64,000 nt of DNA from the human T2T-CHM13v2.0 reference genome, Homo sapiens: positions 40,480,001-40,544,000 of the forward strand of contig CP068257.2 in assembly GCA_009914755.4 (NCBI GenBank), read 5' to 3'. Below, piece by piece: positions 27,173-39,320 of the stretch (within the stretch, counting starts at the first letter, position 1; every line of letters starts with the position of its first letter). The notes under the pieces are model-generated. The model ran no database searches. It saw only the letters and a list, made by a program, of their open reading frames with translations, and had not been told where the DNA came from. The position numbers were made by a program, and so were the translations under genes.

Positions 27173-29190
27173 AGTCACTCCCTCTCGCCACTTCCTCCAG
27201 CTCCTGGTAATCACTTATCTGCTTTTTGTCTCTATAGATTTGCCCATTGTGGACATTTCACAGAAACAGAATCATACAATATGTGACTTTTTGTGTCTGG
27301 CTTCTTTCAGTTAAAATGAGGTTTTCTGGTTTCATCCACGTGGCAGCATGTGTCAGCACTGGATTCCTTGTTATGGCTGGGGCATAACCCATGCAGTCTC
27401 ATCCATTCATTCACCGAGCGCACTGGGCGGCTCCCGCCTTCTGTCTGTTATAAATAGTGCTGCAATGCCCCTGCCTCAGAGAAAGTTCTTTTCCTGCTCT
27501 TTCCTGCATTCCTCCCTGCCATCCCCTCAGCATTCTCCAGGATGCTATCTGTTACCATTTAGTGACATGCCTTCTTGTGGACTTTTTGAGGTATAGGGAG
27601 TGCCCTTGTCATAATCTAGTGATTTTGTTTGCACGGAATCTCACATTGTAGATTTCCTGAGTCTGAGCTCAGCACAGAGAGGGTTTGACATTGCCACCTA
27701 GTGGCCTGTCGTGGTAATACCGTAGCAGGGCTGCAAACCCCAGCGCTTCCCCCACAGATGAGAAGATTCGACAGCCTTTGGGAACGGCCTAGCTCATTCC
27801 CTGCTCCTGGTTTGTGCATTCAACAGTTGTTGACGGTTTGATTAATAATGTGATTTCATTGATAAGGTTAAATAGTAGTTAGAATATTAAACAACAAACA
27901 CTGAATCCTTCCACCTGGCTCGAGTGGTCAAAAGAGGCAGCTCCGTTTCCTTCCCGAGTTTCTTGATTAATCTTTCCTCTTTGAACCATTTCTTCCTTTG
28001 CCCATTTTTGGGGTGTTGTTTTTCTGTTTGCCTAGAATTTCAGGACAGCAAATAATTATACAACTTAATCACAGAAGTAGGATGTTAAGAGAAATTTCGG
28101 GGGTTTCACTTGCTGATAACCGCAGACGTGGATGTCAGGAGGTGTTGGCTGCATGGCTTGGTCCCTGGCTCTTCACCACTTCCTAGCAAGGGGCCTGGAA
28201 GTTTGCTTAGAGGTTGGTTTGAAATGCAGCTAAAAGTCACATTAATCCAAGACTATGCCAGATTCCTCTGAGAGAAAGAGAGAGGGAAGAACTGATTGTG
28301 AAGATGGTCACGACAACAGTCATCTACTGAGCCAACCAAGGGCAGCTGTGGTCTCCCTGGGGTCCACAGGCTCTGAGAGGGACAATGGATCTGTTCACCT
28401 TGGTGGCCCAGAAGCCGGGAAGTGAGTCCATGACCCAGGCCTTGAGCCATCGCACCTGTGAGGACAAACCCTGGAAGTACCCATAGGAGGTTTGCACTGA
28501 GGATGATTGAAGCTCATTATAAGATTGTTTGCCTTTCTGAGTGCTTTGACCATGATGGGTTAGCATGGAATCAATCATATAGCGTGTGGTGTGTGACTGT
28601 GTCCAAAGAGACAGAGTAGAAAGCAGGGCGTTCGGGGGCAGGAACCCCCTGTCCTAATGGGGAAGTTGGAAATGCTCACAGGAAGCAGTCTGGGGAGAGG
28701 TAGGGAGGAAGAATGAAAGGGGACATGTTCTGCAGTGCCAGGAGCAAAAGAGCTGTTCCAGAGAAGGCAGCGGGAAGTGGTCTCCCTCCCCACGACCCTG
28801 CACTCAGCCCCCTGCCCTCGGTGGCTGCAAACCAGGAGTATTAGGTTCTAGAAGCCCTTGTGAGCCCCCAGCAAATTTTAAGCCCCATGAGGTAGGGTCT
28901 CTGCCTGTGCCCCCAAGTCCCACCCTCGCCCCACAGGCATCTTTCTGAAGCCGTTTACTGGTTTGGGGGGGGAAACAAGGGCTCTTCTCATATCACAGAC
29001 ACTCCCAGGCGTTTGTGCTGGGCTTGAAAACACAGCAGACAGGAAAGGGGCCCAGAACCAACCTGTGGCTTTTACTTTGTGCCACGGGCCAGCCCTGCTG
29101 CTGGGCAGACTGGCAGGAGGAACCGCCTTGAGACGGGCATCTGTTTCCTCTCAGCGTGGGGACCTCCTCACATGGCCTCTTTCCCCGCAG

Positions 29191-29404
29191 GTGCGGGGCT
29201 CCCTGCCAGCCACCATGTGTCAGCACATGGACGCTGGTGGGGTCAGGATGGAAGTCGTCAGCGTCACCAACGGCAGCATCGTGGTGGAGTTTCACTTGCT
29301 GATAATCGCAGATGTGGATGTCCAGGAGGTGTCAGCTGCATTTCTCACCGCCTTCCAGACCGTGCCTCTGCTGGAGGTGATCAGAGGCGACACCTTCATA
29401 CAGG
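29191..29404 (+). CDS. UMODL1: UMODL1 coding exon, SEA domain 2 C-terminal part (VRGSLPATMCQHMDAGGVRMEVVSVTNGSIVVEFHLLIIADVDVQEVSAAFLTAFQTVPLLEVIRGDTFIQ); phase 0 in, phase 1 out
   Basis: Acceptor ctctttccccgcag|GTGCGG and donor CAGG|gtacga. In frame with ORF-track 28963..29535. The phase-0 start requires the upstream exon 25953..26065, which supplies it. Confidence 0.88.
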
Positions 29405-29989
29405 GTACGAGAGGCTGGGATGGAGCCTCTCCCGTGTTCTGGAACCAGAGGCAGCCAGAGGGCAGCCACCACCCTTCGCTTTTGAAAGATGTCGTGTTGT
29501 GCCCATGTGGTCCTTCTTCCCCCAGAATTAGATGAAGATGTGAAATAGATAGGACCCTGTCTGTCCCTCTTATTGTGATTATAATTGTGTAAAGGTTGAA
29601 GTGTTGAAAACATCTTTGGGTGAACCTGCAGATCCCCAGGGGTGCTGCTTTCTTTCCGGGTCGACTGCCCCCTCGCTGCTTGTTTCCATGGGCTGAGGGC
29701 AGATGCATCCCTCTCTGCAGCCAGACTCTCCCCCAAGCATAGTTCCCAAGGAGATCCCAGTAAAGATAATTAACGAGAAAAGCAGGGAGAAAAAGACAAT
29801 TCAGATTCTTTTCTCCTATCATACTTGAACATAAATGATGAATGGCTTATAGTTACATGTATCAGAAACAAAAGACTTTTTAAAAATTGGAGATTCATAT
29901 TAATTTTTTGATTTTTAGAATAAGAAGGACTTCCTAAAGAAAATACGATTTTTAGAGGAAAACGATGAGATGCTGACTGCATGCAGAGA

Positions 29990-30560
29990 TAAATCAAAAT
30001 AAAGGCACCATTTTAACGCAAAGTAAACAAAAAATTTTTCAATAATTTGGTGAAGTGTTAGTATCCCAAATATATAGAGAGATCATACAAATAGATAAAT
30101 ATTAAGAACCTGATGGATAAATGCACGAAAGCTCTACACAGACAAGGTATAAAAGAAGAAATATGAATGACTAACAAAGATGTGGTAACCCAAGACATCC
30201 CCATTAGAATGCATTGCACTGTTTGCCCATCAAATTGCAAACAAAAGGTCTCTTTACTGCTGACATGAATACTGGTGAAAGTGTAGTGAGGCAGGTGTTT
30301 GCACAGATTGCTGGTGGCAGAAGGATTTGCTCATGCTTCCTGGAAACCAGTTTGGTGACATAAATCAAACGCTTTCAAAGTGGCCATCCACTTGGATTCT
30401 GAAATATCAGCTCTACGACTTTGTCCTAAGGAATTTGATCTGTTTGGACCGTAGTTTAAATACAAAGATGTTCATCTTCAGTGTTACTTTAAAAGCCAAA
30501 GAGTTGGAAATCACCAATCATCCAGTAACAAAGAAGGTGCTAAGTTACCAGGTGTCCCCG
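29990..30560 (+). mobile_element. Probable old LINE-1 (L1M-like) 3' ORF2 fragment
   Basis: AT-rich segment with …gattgctggtggcagaaggatttgctcatgcttcctggaaaccagtttggtgac… It resembles the L1 ORF2 3' region (cactgctggtgggaatgtaaaatggtacagccactttggaaaacagtttggcag). The assignment is from memory only. Confidence 0.3.
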
Positions 30561-31166
30561 CCCCGGGCTGTTATGCAATGATGAGAATAGCGGTTTGTGG
30601 ATTTGCATGGAGCTAGTTGGTGGCAGAGGCAAGCTATGCTCTCAGAGCATGCCTGCATTTTAAAAGGCTGGAAGGAAATACGTCCACATGCTAACTTGCC
30701 CCTGGCCACGCTTTTCTGGTTCTTATCCATGTTCTGCAGTAAACCTGTTTTGCTGTCAACAATCAACCCAGCATCATGGCGAAAGGCAAATGGCCTGAGG
30801 GCCTTCTGCCCAGGGTTGGGCTTGCAGCCTGGGTCCCTTGGGCTGGACCGAGGTGGATCTGGGGGCCTGTGCATCTCCTGGTTACTCCCGGGAACTGAAG
30901 GGATGGCCCTGCTCTGCCCAGATCCCCCTCCCAGCCCTGGGCCAGAATCCTCCTTCCAGAACAGCCCCTGCAGACATACTTAGCCATTCCCAGCCCCAGC
31001 TTCAGGAAGCCTCCTGTACTTTCCAGAACTGGTGAGCTTGACTGCAGTCTGCTGTGGCTGGAGTTTCCAGCTTTGTCTGTGAGATGCACTCTCCCCCAAC
31101 CAGGCTGCTGTGAGACCACAAGCCCCCAGGGATGTTCTTCTGTTTTGTCTTCTAAATGTTGTGCAG

Positions 31167-31304
31167 ATTACGATGAGTGTGAAAGGAAGGAGGACGACTG
31201 TGTGCCGGGGACATCCTGTCGAAACACCCTCGGGTCTTTCACTTGTAGCTGCGAGGGAGGAGCCCCCGACTTCCCTGTGGAATATTCTGAGAGACCCTGT
31301 GAAG
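31167..31304 (+). CDS. UMODL1: UMODL1 coding exon, EGF-like domain 3 (DYDECERKEDDCVPGTSCRNTLGSFTCSCEGGAPDFPVEYSERPCE); phase 1/1
   Basis: Acceptor taaatgttgtgcag|ATTACG and donor GAAG|gtaatg. 138 nt. D-x-D-E-C plus 6 Cys. Confidence 0.9.
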
Positions 31305-31424
31305 GTAATGTCGTCAGAGTTTCTTCTTCTGGAATACTGTATCATAATCGGTTTTTTTTAAGGACATTCACGTGCAAAGGGCTTCTTGTCCCTCTGAGGT
31401 CATATTTTTATGTCCTGGGGAAGT

Positions 31425-31500
31425 TTCCTGTGTGTGATGTGGGTGCACGTGTGTGTGTGTGTGTGTGATGTATGTGTACATGTGTGTACGTGTGTGCATG
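31425..31500. repeat. Imperfect (TG)n / TGTGTGCA microsatellite
   Basis: gtgtgtgatgtgggtgcacgtgtgtgtgtgtgtgtgtgatgtatgtgtacatgtgtgtacgtgtgtgcatg. Confidence 0.85.
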
Positions 31501-32597
31501 TTCCTTCCCATTCTTTCATATGTGTCCAGGCTTCTGGGCAGTGCCTTATCTCTCCAAGTGCTAGCTCTGATATCCATGGAGAGAAAATATACACATACAT
31601 GAGGTGTGAACGTGCAGATGCTGAGCGACCGTCTTGTGAAACACGCAGCCGTGGGACACGCGACACAGGGGAATGTTTCCTCTTGGCCACTCTTTCCACC
31701 CAGCTCTTTTCCTGCTAAACGGGGTCTTAGTGGATTTAACACTGACCCCACGTTGGCCACTGCTATCCAGGAATCTGCGTCAAGTGAAGGGAGGTGGGCA
31801 TTTATACCAGTGAGTGTGGTATCCGGGGGGCTATAGAACGTGTCCTGCTTGAGGTAGAATCAGGAAGCACAGAGGAGGCTAAGTTGCTTCAGTCCAGTGA
31901 GTGTGGCCAGGGAGGGCTTCCTGGAAGTGGTGTCTTGAAGCTGGTCTTAATGGATAGCTAAGATGGCACCCAGCAGGGAGGGCAGGGCATGGTGGGTGGG
32001 TGCCGTGGTGAGAACAGAGCTGGTGATGGGCGTGATCTCACATGCAGGGACCTGCAGGAGATGGGTGGCAGAGAGCGAGAAGCAGGCTGCCCAGGGAGGC
32101 GGGTGAGGCAGCAGCCAACTGTGAAGTCCTCAGCAATGGTTTGGACTATGGCCCAGAGACAGGAGTGAGCTGGGTGGAGCTGCAGGGTGCTGGGGCTGGG
32201 CAAGCCCCACTCTGAGATAAAAGAAGGCACAAACCAGGCCCACAGATGATGGAGCCACTGCTGAAGGAGGGTGGAGGGCACGTGCGGAGCTGTGTCTGGG
32301 GTCTGCTTCCATATAGACCACCCCGAGAACAGGTGGGTGGATTGGAAAGCTTTCCGGGCCCCTTGTTCTCCTAGGCATTGAAACTGAACCTGCTCTGGGG
32401 GCAAGAAGGGAGCTGGAGTGGGAAGTTTGGGCACAAGGACCTCAAGAGGAGGCATCATTACCCCATCTTAGAGAATAGACTCAGGGCTCTCAGGGCAGAA
32501 GACTCACCCTGTATCCACTGGCTTGGCACATCCCCGGCATCAGGTCCCTCGGTCCTTGGCCCTCGGGGGCCCATGGTGAGCCTGGATCCCTGAGCTG

Positions 32598-32775
32598 GTG
32601 GAAATGTGCAACATGTGCATGTGTGCGTGTGTGTGTGTCTGCACGTGTGTGCGTGCGTGTGTGCATGTGTGTGCATGTGTGTGCATCTCTGCGTGCATGT
32701 GTGTGCATGCACGTGTGTGTACGTGTGTGTGCATATGTGTGCGTGTGTGTGTGTGTGTGTGCACGTGTGTAGTTG
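32598..32775. repeat. Imperfect (TG)n / (TGTGTGCA)n compound microsatellite, ~140 bp upstream of the ZP exon
   Basis: gtgcatgtgtgcgtgtgtgtgtgtctgcacgtgtgtgcgtgcgtgtgtgcatgtgtgtgcatg… It produces the Cys/Val-rich and His/Thr-rich spurious ORFs at 32598.., 32606.. and 32458..33182. Confidence 0.85.
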
Positions 32776-32910
32776 TGGCTGGAACATGCGGTTCCCAGGT
32801 GTGGCTGCTGCAGAGTGCAGGGCAGCTCCAGTCTGCTCCTTACCCCTGCCCCTCCATGCCAACCCCAAACACAGAGCCACTCTTTGCCTTTTCCTCCTTG
32901 TGCCTTGCAG

Positions 32911-33230
32911 GTGACTCTCCTGGCAATGAAACCTGGGCCACCAGCCCAGAGAGGCCTCTCACCACAGCAGGGACCAAGGCTGCCTTTGTGCAAGGCACCA
33001 GCCCCACCCCCCAAGGCCTGCCCCAGCGGCTGAACCTGACCGGAGCAGTCAGGGTGCTCTGTGAGATCGAGAAGGTGGTTGTCGCCATCCAGAAGCGCTT
33101 CCTGCAGCAGGAATCCATCCCCGAGTCCTCGTTGTACCTCAGCCACCCCTCCTGCAACGTGAGCCACAGCAATGGCACACACGTGCTCCTGGAGGCCGGC
33201 TGGAGCGAGTGTGGGACCCTCATGCAGAGC
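32911..33230 (+). CDS. UMODL1: UMODL1 coding exon, start of ZP domain (GDSPGNETWATSPERPLTTAGTKAAFVQGTSPTPQGLPQRLNLTGAVRVLCEIEKVVVAIQKRFLQQESIPESSLYLSHPSCNVSHSNGTHVLLEAGWSECGTLMQS); phase 1 in, phase 0 out
   Basis: Strong acceptor ttcctccttgtgccttgcag|GTGACT and donor AGC|gtaaga. In frame with ORF-track 32598..33284, whose upstream part is a TG-repeat artefact. Confidence 0.88.
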
Positions 33231-33549
33231 GTAAGACCAGGAGAGCCAGGCTCAGGATGTACACTAGGGCGCAAGGGGCTCTAGGTTACATGGGCCTCGA
33301 TGTGGGAGGGCCAGGCAAGACTCTGCACCCCGAGGGGAACCCAGCAAGGGGGGTTCAGGACAGGGTTGAGTTCTCAACCAGGGACCAGCCTGCACCCCAG
33401 AATCGGAAGGGAGCTGTGAGTCCACCCAGGAGGGACTCTGGTGCAGAGTGCTGGGGCAGGCTTCAGAGTCACGGCTTAAAACTCCTCCCTGCACAGACAG
33501 GATGAGAGGCAGTGGGACAGGAAGAGGCAGGAAAGCCAAGGAGTCCTGT

Positions 33550-33900
33550 GTGATATGAGAGTGTGTGTGTGTGAGTGTACGTGTGTGCATGTGTGCATGT
33601 GTCTGAATATGTCTGTGTATGTGGGGGTGTGCATGTGTGTGAATGTGTGTAAATGTGTGAATCTGTGTGTGCGAATGTGTATGTGTATATGCATGGCTGT
33701 GCTTATATGTACGTGCGTGTGTGTGTGCATGTGTATCGCGTGCTTGTGTGCGTGTGGGTGTGCATGCATGTATGAATGTGTGAGTGTGTGAATGTGAGAA
33801 TGTGTCTATGTGCATGTGTGCATGTGTGCGTGAGTTGAGCATGTGTGGATGCGTTTGTCCATGTGTGAGTGTGTATGTATGGGTGTGTGTTTGGGGGGCA
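33550..33900. repeat. Long imperfect (TG)n / (GTGTGCATGT)n compound repeat
   Basis: gtgtgtgtgtgagtgtacgtgtgtgcatgtgtgcatgtgtctgaatatgtctgtgtatgtgggggtgtgcatgtgtgtgaatgtgtg… It is the source of the His/Thr-rich ORF 33264..33911 (-) and the Cys-rich ORF 33555..33791 (+). Confidence 0.85.
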
Positions 33901-36424
33901 TTGGATGGCATTAGTCAGAACTGCTCTGTCGGAGGGACTGTGTTCCTAGCGAACATTCTCTATTTCAGGGTCCTGGATGGGCTGTGGGGCTCCCGGGACA
34001 GAGGGAGCCCAGGTGGGGAAAGTGGGTTTTCCTGGCCTGAGGCCTTCGCACCTCTGTGTGCACAGATGGGCTCTGGCACCTCCCCTTGCAGGTGACTCTG
34101 GGCCAGTGCGTCCTGGGTCTACTCTGAGCCTCTAGTGTGTGGCACCCATGAGGTAGCTGACCTGGCTCCAGGTCCTGCTTCTTCCCAGGGTGCCTCTGTG
34201 TCACAGCGAACGCTCCCATGCAGGCCCTTGTTCGTCTCCAACCCCACTTGGCCACATGGAGCACAAAGGCTTCGTGTTCAGGGCCCTGCTTGGGGGACAA
34301 GAGGAGGGGAGAGCCAGCACCTTCCACCAGCTCAGCCTGGTACTGGACACAGGGGCCTGGGCCGCATGGGCCTGGGAGTGCAGGGTGGATCAGGGAAGCT
34401 GCCTGGAGGGGCCGGCGGCTTCAGAGGGAGCCCGTGCCGGCTCTGGGTTGGGGAAGTGGCCTTCTGGGAAGGGGCTCGACCTAGAAAGGAGGCCAGCGTC
34501 GTTCCAAGGGTGAGTGAGAGAGCTGTGAATGTATCCAAGGGCCATGCCGGGGGTGGCTAGATGAGGGAGGCTGGAAACCATGGCGGAGTTAAGAGTCTGT
34601 CCGAGTGGTTCTGGTCAGGTGGGCAGGGATGGAAGGGTGGACACTCATGGGCAGGGTGGGGTATGAGGCCTGGTGGGAAAGTGGGGCTGTGGATGGGGCT
34701 GAGCAGGGAGCAGTGCCTGGCCTAGGAGCCAGGGCCAGAAGGCTCTCCTAATGGGGACATTGTCCTCATCGGGAGCTAGGCAGGAATGGTGGTTCCTGGT
34801 CGTTGGCGGGAACTCTGGGCCCTGGGCTTCTGTCCCTCAGGACCTTTGAGCAGTCCAAGGCATTGCATTCTAAAAAAAGGGATTGGTTGGGGTGGTGCCC
34901 TGAAACCACCGTGGACCTGCTTGGCTGAGAGTTCTACATGCATGATGATGTTTAGTCCCTTAGCGACCGCATGGGTCAGGCATCATCATCCACGCTCTGC
35001 GGCTGAGCCCTGGGTGCTCGGCAGGGTCCGTGGGAGTTCAGGGTCAAAGTCAACCTGACACCGAGAAGCAGCCCCGTCCCTGTGGCTCTGCCTCTTGAGG
35101 AGCCTTGAGGGGGTGCTGCTTCTGGTTGGGGGTCTGGACACACTCCTTAGTGGGGACAGGGCGGCCTCTGGCACTGGATGGGGCAAAGCTGTCAGATGAA
35201 ACCCAGAGTCCTGGCATGGGGTGTCAATGTCTGGGAGCCGACAAAGTGGGAACCGGGTGGACGTCCTGAGCAGGAGGCTGGGACATGGACCTTGGGGCTG
35301 AGTAAGGAGCTAGCCCTGGGGAGCAGAGGCCAGAAAGCCCCAGGGGCTGAGGGATGAGGTGGGGAGGTGGGGCATAAGGTGATTCCACGGTGTGGAGCCT
35401 GCTTGGAGCCTGGAGCTGGGACTGAGGGTGGCCAGGAAGCTGAGGGATTCACGTGGACACGTCGGAGGCCATTGCAGAGCACAAGCTTGCCTGGGAGGCA
35501 CAGCTCACTCTGCCGAGCTCATTCCGCCCCCTCGGGGGCTCTTCAGATCCTCCCTGGGCTGAAGGAGTAACCTGCACTGTTTCAACAGCTACAAAACCTT
35601 CCTCACCCTTCAGCCCCTCAAATGGCACAACTTAAGCAGAACTGCCCAGAATTAGTTTTCTCCCTCAAAGCTTCTTAGACGGCCACCTGGAGGCCGAGCG
35701 TTGGCAGCAGGGGGGTGTCTGCAAGGGGGATGGGCGGTGATCAGTGGCTCCTGTGGCTTCTCGGCAGTTTCCCTGGTGAGGGAGGTCTGGGGTGAGAGGT
35801 GCATGTGGGCCGGGCCACAGCGGCATCCTCAAGCCTATGCAGGGCTCTTGCAGGGCTGCGGGGCCAAGTGGAGGGGCTGAGGGTGCAGGACAGCCTGCCT
35901 GGTGCTCAGATCGCCACCCACACAGCGGCAGCTCCAGTGGAGAGACAGCGCCTCCCAGGACTGGGGCCCTGGGCAGAGCCTGCAGCCGGCAGCTCCCTCT
36001 GTGTTTTTCTGAACCAGACCAATGCTTGGCTTGATTATTAAATGCAGCAGGGTTTGGGGCATGTTGAAAGAAAAGGGAATTTGTCTCTGATGACTCACCC
36101 AGTCCCTGAAATCCACAAGAGCTCTTGACGGTTTTTGACACTTGTCAAAAACTAAGTTTCCCAGAAAGACTTATTTGTGCAGCTGCCACGGAATCCCCAC
36201 AGGTTCAGGTGCTGCCTCCTCTGGTCAATAGGGAATGAGCAGAGGCCGAGCCCTTAGGCTCTTAGGCAGTTTATGGTTGGGAGAATCGCCAGGATCTCGA
36301 TGCTGCTGGGGAGAGGCTTTAGAGAAGAACCCCCATCCCCCCAGCACCTAGAGCCGTGGCCCACAGCAGGGCGTGGGGGGCCGGCTGGGGCCTGGGAGCT
36401 CCTCATGCTCCGCTTTGTGCTCAG

Positions 36425-36570
36425 AACATGACGAACACCGTGGTGAGGACCACGCTGAGGAACGACCTGTCCCAGGAGGGCATCATCCACCACCTGAAGA
36501 TCCTGAGCCCCATCTACTGCGCCTTCCAGAATGACCTGCTGACATCCTCCGGCTTCACCCTGGAGTGGGG
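36425..36570 (+). CDS. UMODL1: UMODL1 coding exon, ZP domain continued (NMTNTVVRTTLRNDLSQEGIIHHLKILSPIYCAFQNDLLTSSGFTLEW-G); phase 0 in, phase 2 out
   Basis: Acceptor gctttgtgctcag|AACATG and donor GG|gtaagg. Matches ORF-track 36356..36574, whose in-frame stop lies inside the donor. Confidence 0.85.
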
Positions 36571-37085
36571 GTAAGGGAGAAATGCCCCGGCTGCCCCACA
36601 GCCACGTGCCTCCAGACCACCTGCGCTTTGAGAGTTCTTTAGGGTGTCAACCACTTAAGGACCCTTCCTTGAGACGGAATATACAAATGGGTGTGGCCTG
36701 GCTGCTCCCCAAATTTTGTTCCCTCTTCCCACTCAGGGCTAGCCAGAGAAGGCCAAATATGTCCCGTGGCCAATCCCATGGGATGGCCCCACTTCCAGTG
36801 AGCCACTGGCAGGCCGCCACCCAAGCCTCCATCAGGCACCACTTTTTCTATAATGGACCCCCCACCTTCCACTGAGTCTCCACCTATACAACTGAGGGAG
36901 GCAACCCCTGGACCAGCCAGCCCTGAATAAATGGCCTCCAAGTGCTCTCGTTTGGGGTTGAGGGGGTCTTCTCGTTCATTTGCACGTTCCTCTGGAGCTG
37001 TGTTTTAGGGGAGAAGTGGGAATGGGAGGGGCCACGATAATGCGCCTCCTGAAACATGCCTCCTGCAAGCTGCTTCCTCTTGCAG

Positions 37086-37322
37086 GGTTTACACCATCAT
37101 CGAGGACCTCCACGGCGCTGGGAATTTTGTTACCGAAATGCAGTTGTTTATCGGAGACTCTCCCATACCTCAGAATTATAGCGTGTCTGCCAGTGACGAT
37201 GTCAGGATCGAAGTGGGGCTCTACAGGCAGAAAAGCAACCTCAAGGTGGTCCTGACGGAGTGCTGGGCAACCCCGTCTAGCAACGCCCGGGACCCCATCA
37301 CCTTCAGCTTCATTAACAACAG
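37086..37322 (+). CDS. UMODL1: UMODL1 coding exon, ZP domain continued (G-VYTIIEDLHGAGNFVTEMQLFIGDSPIPQNYSVSASDDVRIEVGLYRQKSNLKVVLTECWATPSSNARDPITFSFINN-); phase 2 in, phase 2 out
   Basis: Acceptor gcttcctcttgcag|GGTTTAC and donor AACAG|gtaggg. In frame with ORF-track 37138..37326, which ends in the stop created by the donor GTAG. Confidence 0.85.
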
Positions 37323-37520
37323 GTAGGGCTCAGGAGTGCAGGCACCCCCATCCAGCAATGCCTGGGGCTTTATTAACAATAGGTAGGGCTCAAGAATGCA
37401 GACATCCCCATCCAGCAATGCCCAGGGCTTCATTAACAATAGGTAGGGCTCAGGAGTGCAGGCACCCCTGTCCAGCAATGCCCAGGGCTTCATTAAGAAC
37501 AGGTAGGGCTCAAGCAGGCA
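37300..37520 (+). repeat. Tandem ~60-bp duplication (x4) of the exon-13 3' end plus its splice donor (…CCAGCAATGCC(C/T)(A/G)GGGCTT(C/T)ATTAA(C/G)AA(C/T)AG|GTAGGGCTCA(G/A)G…)
   Basis: The AACAG/AATAG-GTAGGGCTCA junction recurs at 37321, 37381, 37441 and 37501. It is the source of the repetitive minus-strand ORF 37221..37589. Confidence 0.9.
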
Positions 37521-37751
37521 CTGCCATTGCCTGGCCTTGCTGTGTGGCCAGCTCTGGGCTCTGCAGGATTTCCAGGCGAGTGCTGTCATGGACCTGGGTT
37601 TTGGGGAACAAATGAGGTGCCCGGTCCTCGACTTCCACGGAGCCTGTGGAATCTGCGAGTGTCGTCAGATGTAGTCGTGAGTAAACTCATCTGAGAACAA
37701 GGACAGCGGGGCTCGCTGACAAGCAAGGAGTCCCATTTCCTCTCTTCTCAG

Positions 37752-37911
37752 CTGCCCCGTGCCCAACACATACACCAACGTGATTGAGAACGGCAACTCC
37801 AATAAGGCCCAGTTCAAGCTGAGGATCTTTTCCTTTATCAACGACTCCATCGTCTACCTGCACTGCAAACTCCGCGTCTGCATGGAATCCCCCGGAGCCA
37901 CGTGCAAAATC
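37752..37911 (+). CDS. UMODL1: UMODL1 coding exon, ZP-C end (S-CPVPNTYTNVIENGNSNKAQFKLRIFSFINDSIVYLHCKLRVCMESPGATCKI); phase 2 in, phase 0 out
   Basis: Acceptor tttcctctcttctcag|CTGCCC and perfect donor ATC|gtaagt. In frame with ORF-track 37759..38064. Carries the last conserved Cys pairs of a ZP-C subdomain. Confidence 0.88.
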
Positions 37912-38944
37912 GTAAGTGTTTTTTGGTTTTCTAAACGTTTGGTTGGATTCACGTTCCTTATTGTTACGGTTCGAGGCTCTGTTAATAAAAACCTAGGGCT
38001 CGAGTGGCTCGGGGCCAACCTCTGGGAGGAGTCGCTGTGCCTGTCCTGCAGACTCCGCGTCTGAAATGGTATTTCCACGGCAGGCAGCCCTTGGACGGAG
38101 GACTCATGTGGACTGGTGGGCATTTCCCATTTCTCAATGGCTGAGCTGAGTTCCTTCTTGAGGCCATAATATTCAACCGGCTGTCGCGTCAGCACTGCCT
38201 TGCCATGACACCTAGTGCTTCTAAGGTGATTTATAGGTGTAAAAATATTTTTTAAATATTATTTTTAACAACATTGATGGAACATACTAAATATCAGACA
38301 CTCTGTTATTTAATAAAGTTTTTTCCCCTTTCCTTTGTTCAACAATCATGCAGGGATAATTTTACATTCCTGTTTTCCTTAGATTTTTGAATTTGAAATA
38401 TGCTTTGTAATCCTGAGGTTTGAAAACTGTGCTTTATATCACAGACAAGTACATGAGGTTCCCACATGTTGGTCGCCTGTTGTCTGAGGCAGGGGACAGC
38501 TTAGGGAGCTCCGCTGCTTTTTGCTCAGTGACCGAATGCTTCTCTCTCCTCGGAGGTAGTGCTTGTTCCTGCTCTCATCTGAGCTGTTTTCCTGGGTGAC
38601 CAAGCTCTGAGCGTCTGCAGGACGTGGATAGAGAAGCAACACAAGGAAGGCTGATTCTGTTCGTGTCTGTTTTGCTCAAACACTAGATCTTCCTGAGCAA
38701 TGGGACAGAAGGAACCTCAGGTCCTAATGACAGCAGGCTGAGGGCCACACACGAGGAGCCTGCCCCTGGTTCCACTGGAGCCTCAGAGATGACAGGAGCA
38801 CGGACAGCCACCGCCAGGCTTCGTCTCTGCAGGGAGCGGCTGGCTCTCAAGTTCTCTACAAGAGAATTCTTTACAAGAGGAGCGGCACACAGTGTGTTTT
38901 TCAAGCTCCTTTAGGATGGATAGATAGTGTATGAGCTTTCCGGG

Positions 38945-39320
38945 CTACTGTAGGAACGTACCACAAACTGAGCGGCTTAAACAGTGGAAACTTATTGTCT
39001 CTGTTCTGGAGGCAGGAAGTCCAAGATGGAGGTGTCAGCCGGCTGGTTCCCTCTGAGAGTTCTAAAGGAAGGATCTGTCCCAGGCCTCTCTCCCAGCTTC
39101 TGGTGGCCTCGGGCGTTCCTTGGCTGGTAGACGGCATTTGCCCTGTCTCTCGGTGTTGCCTTCCCTCAGTACACATCTATGTTTGTGTCCAAATTTCCCC
39201 TTTACAGAGGGACACCAGCCATAGTGGATTAGGGCCCACCCTGATGACCTCAGCTTGATGATGTGTTTCCAAGTAAGGTCACATGCACAGGTGCTGGGAT
39301 TTAGGACTTCAATCCCTTTT
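38945..39320 (+). repeat. Copy of the ancient interspersed repeat family (…gttctggaggcaggaagtccaagatggaggtgtcagc…tttacagagggacaccagccatagtggattagggcccaccctgatgacctc…caagtaaggtcacatgcacaggtgctgggatttaggacttcaat…)
   Basis: Shares the attagggcccaccct / aaggtcaca…ttaggacttcaa cores with 4940..5745 and 43590..43990. Confidence 0.45.

Noticed and set aside
32458-33911. His/Thr/Cys-rich ORFs (32490..33182 minus 230 aa, 32598..33284 plus, 33264..33911 minus 215 aa, 33555..33791)
   Set aside because: They are translations of (TG)n/(GTGTGCATGT)n compound microsatellites. The only real coding part is exon 32911..33230 in the UMODL1 frame.
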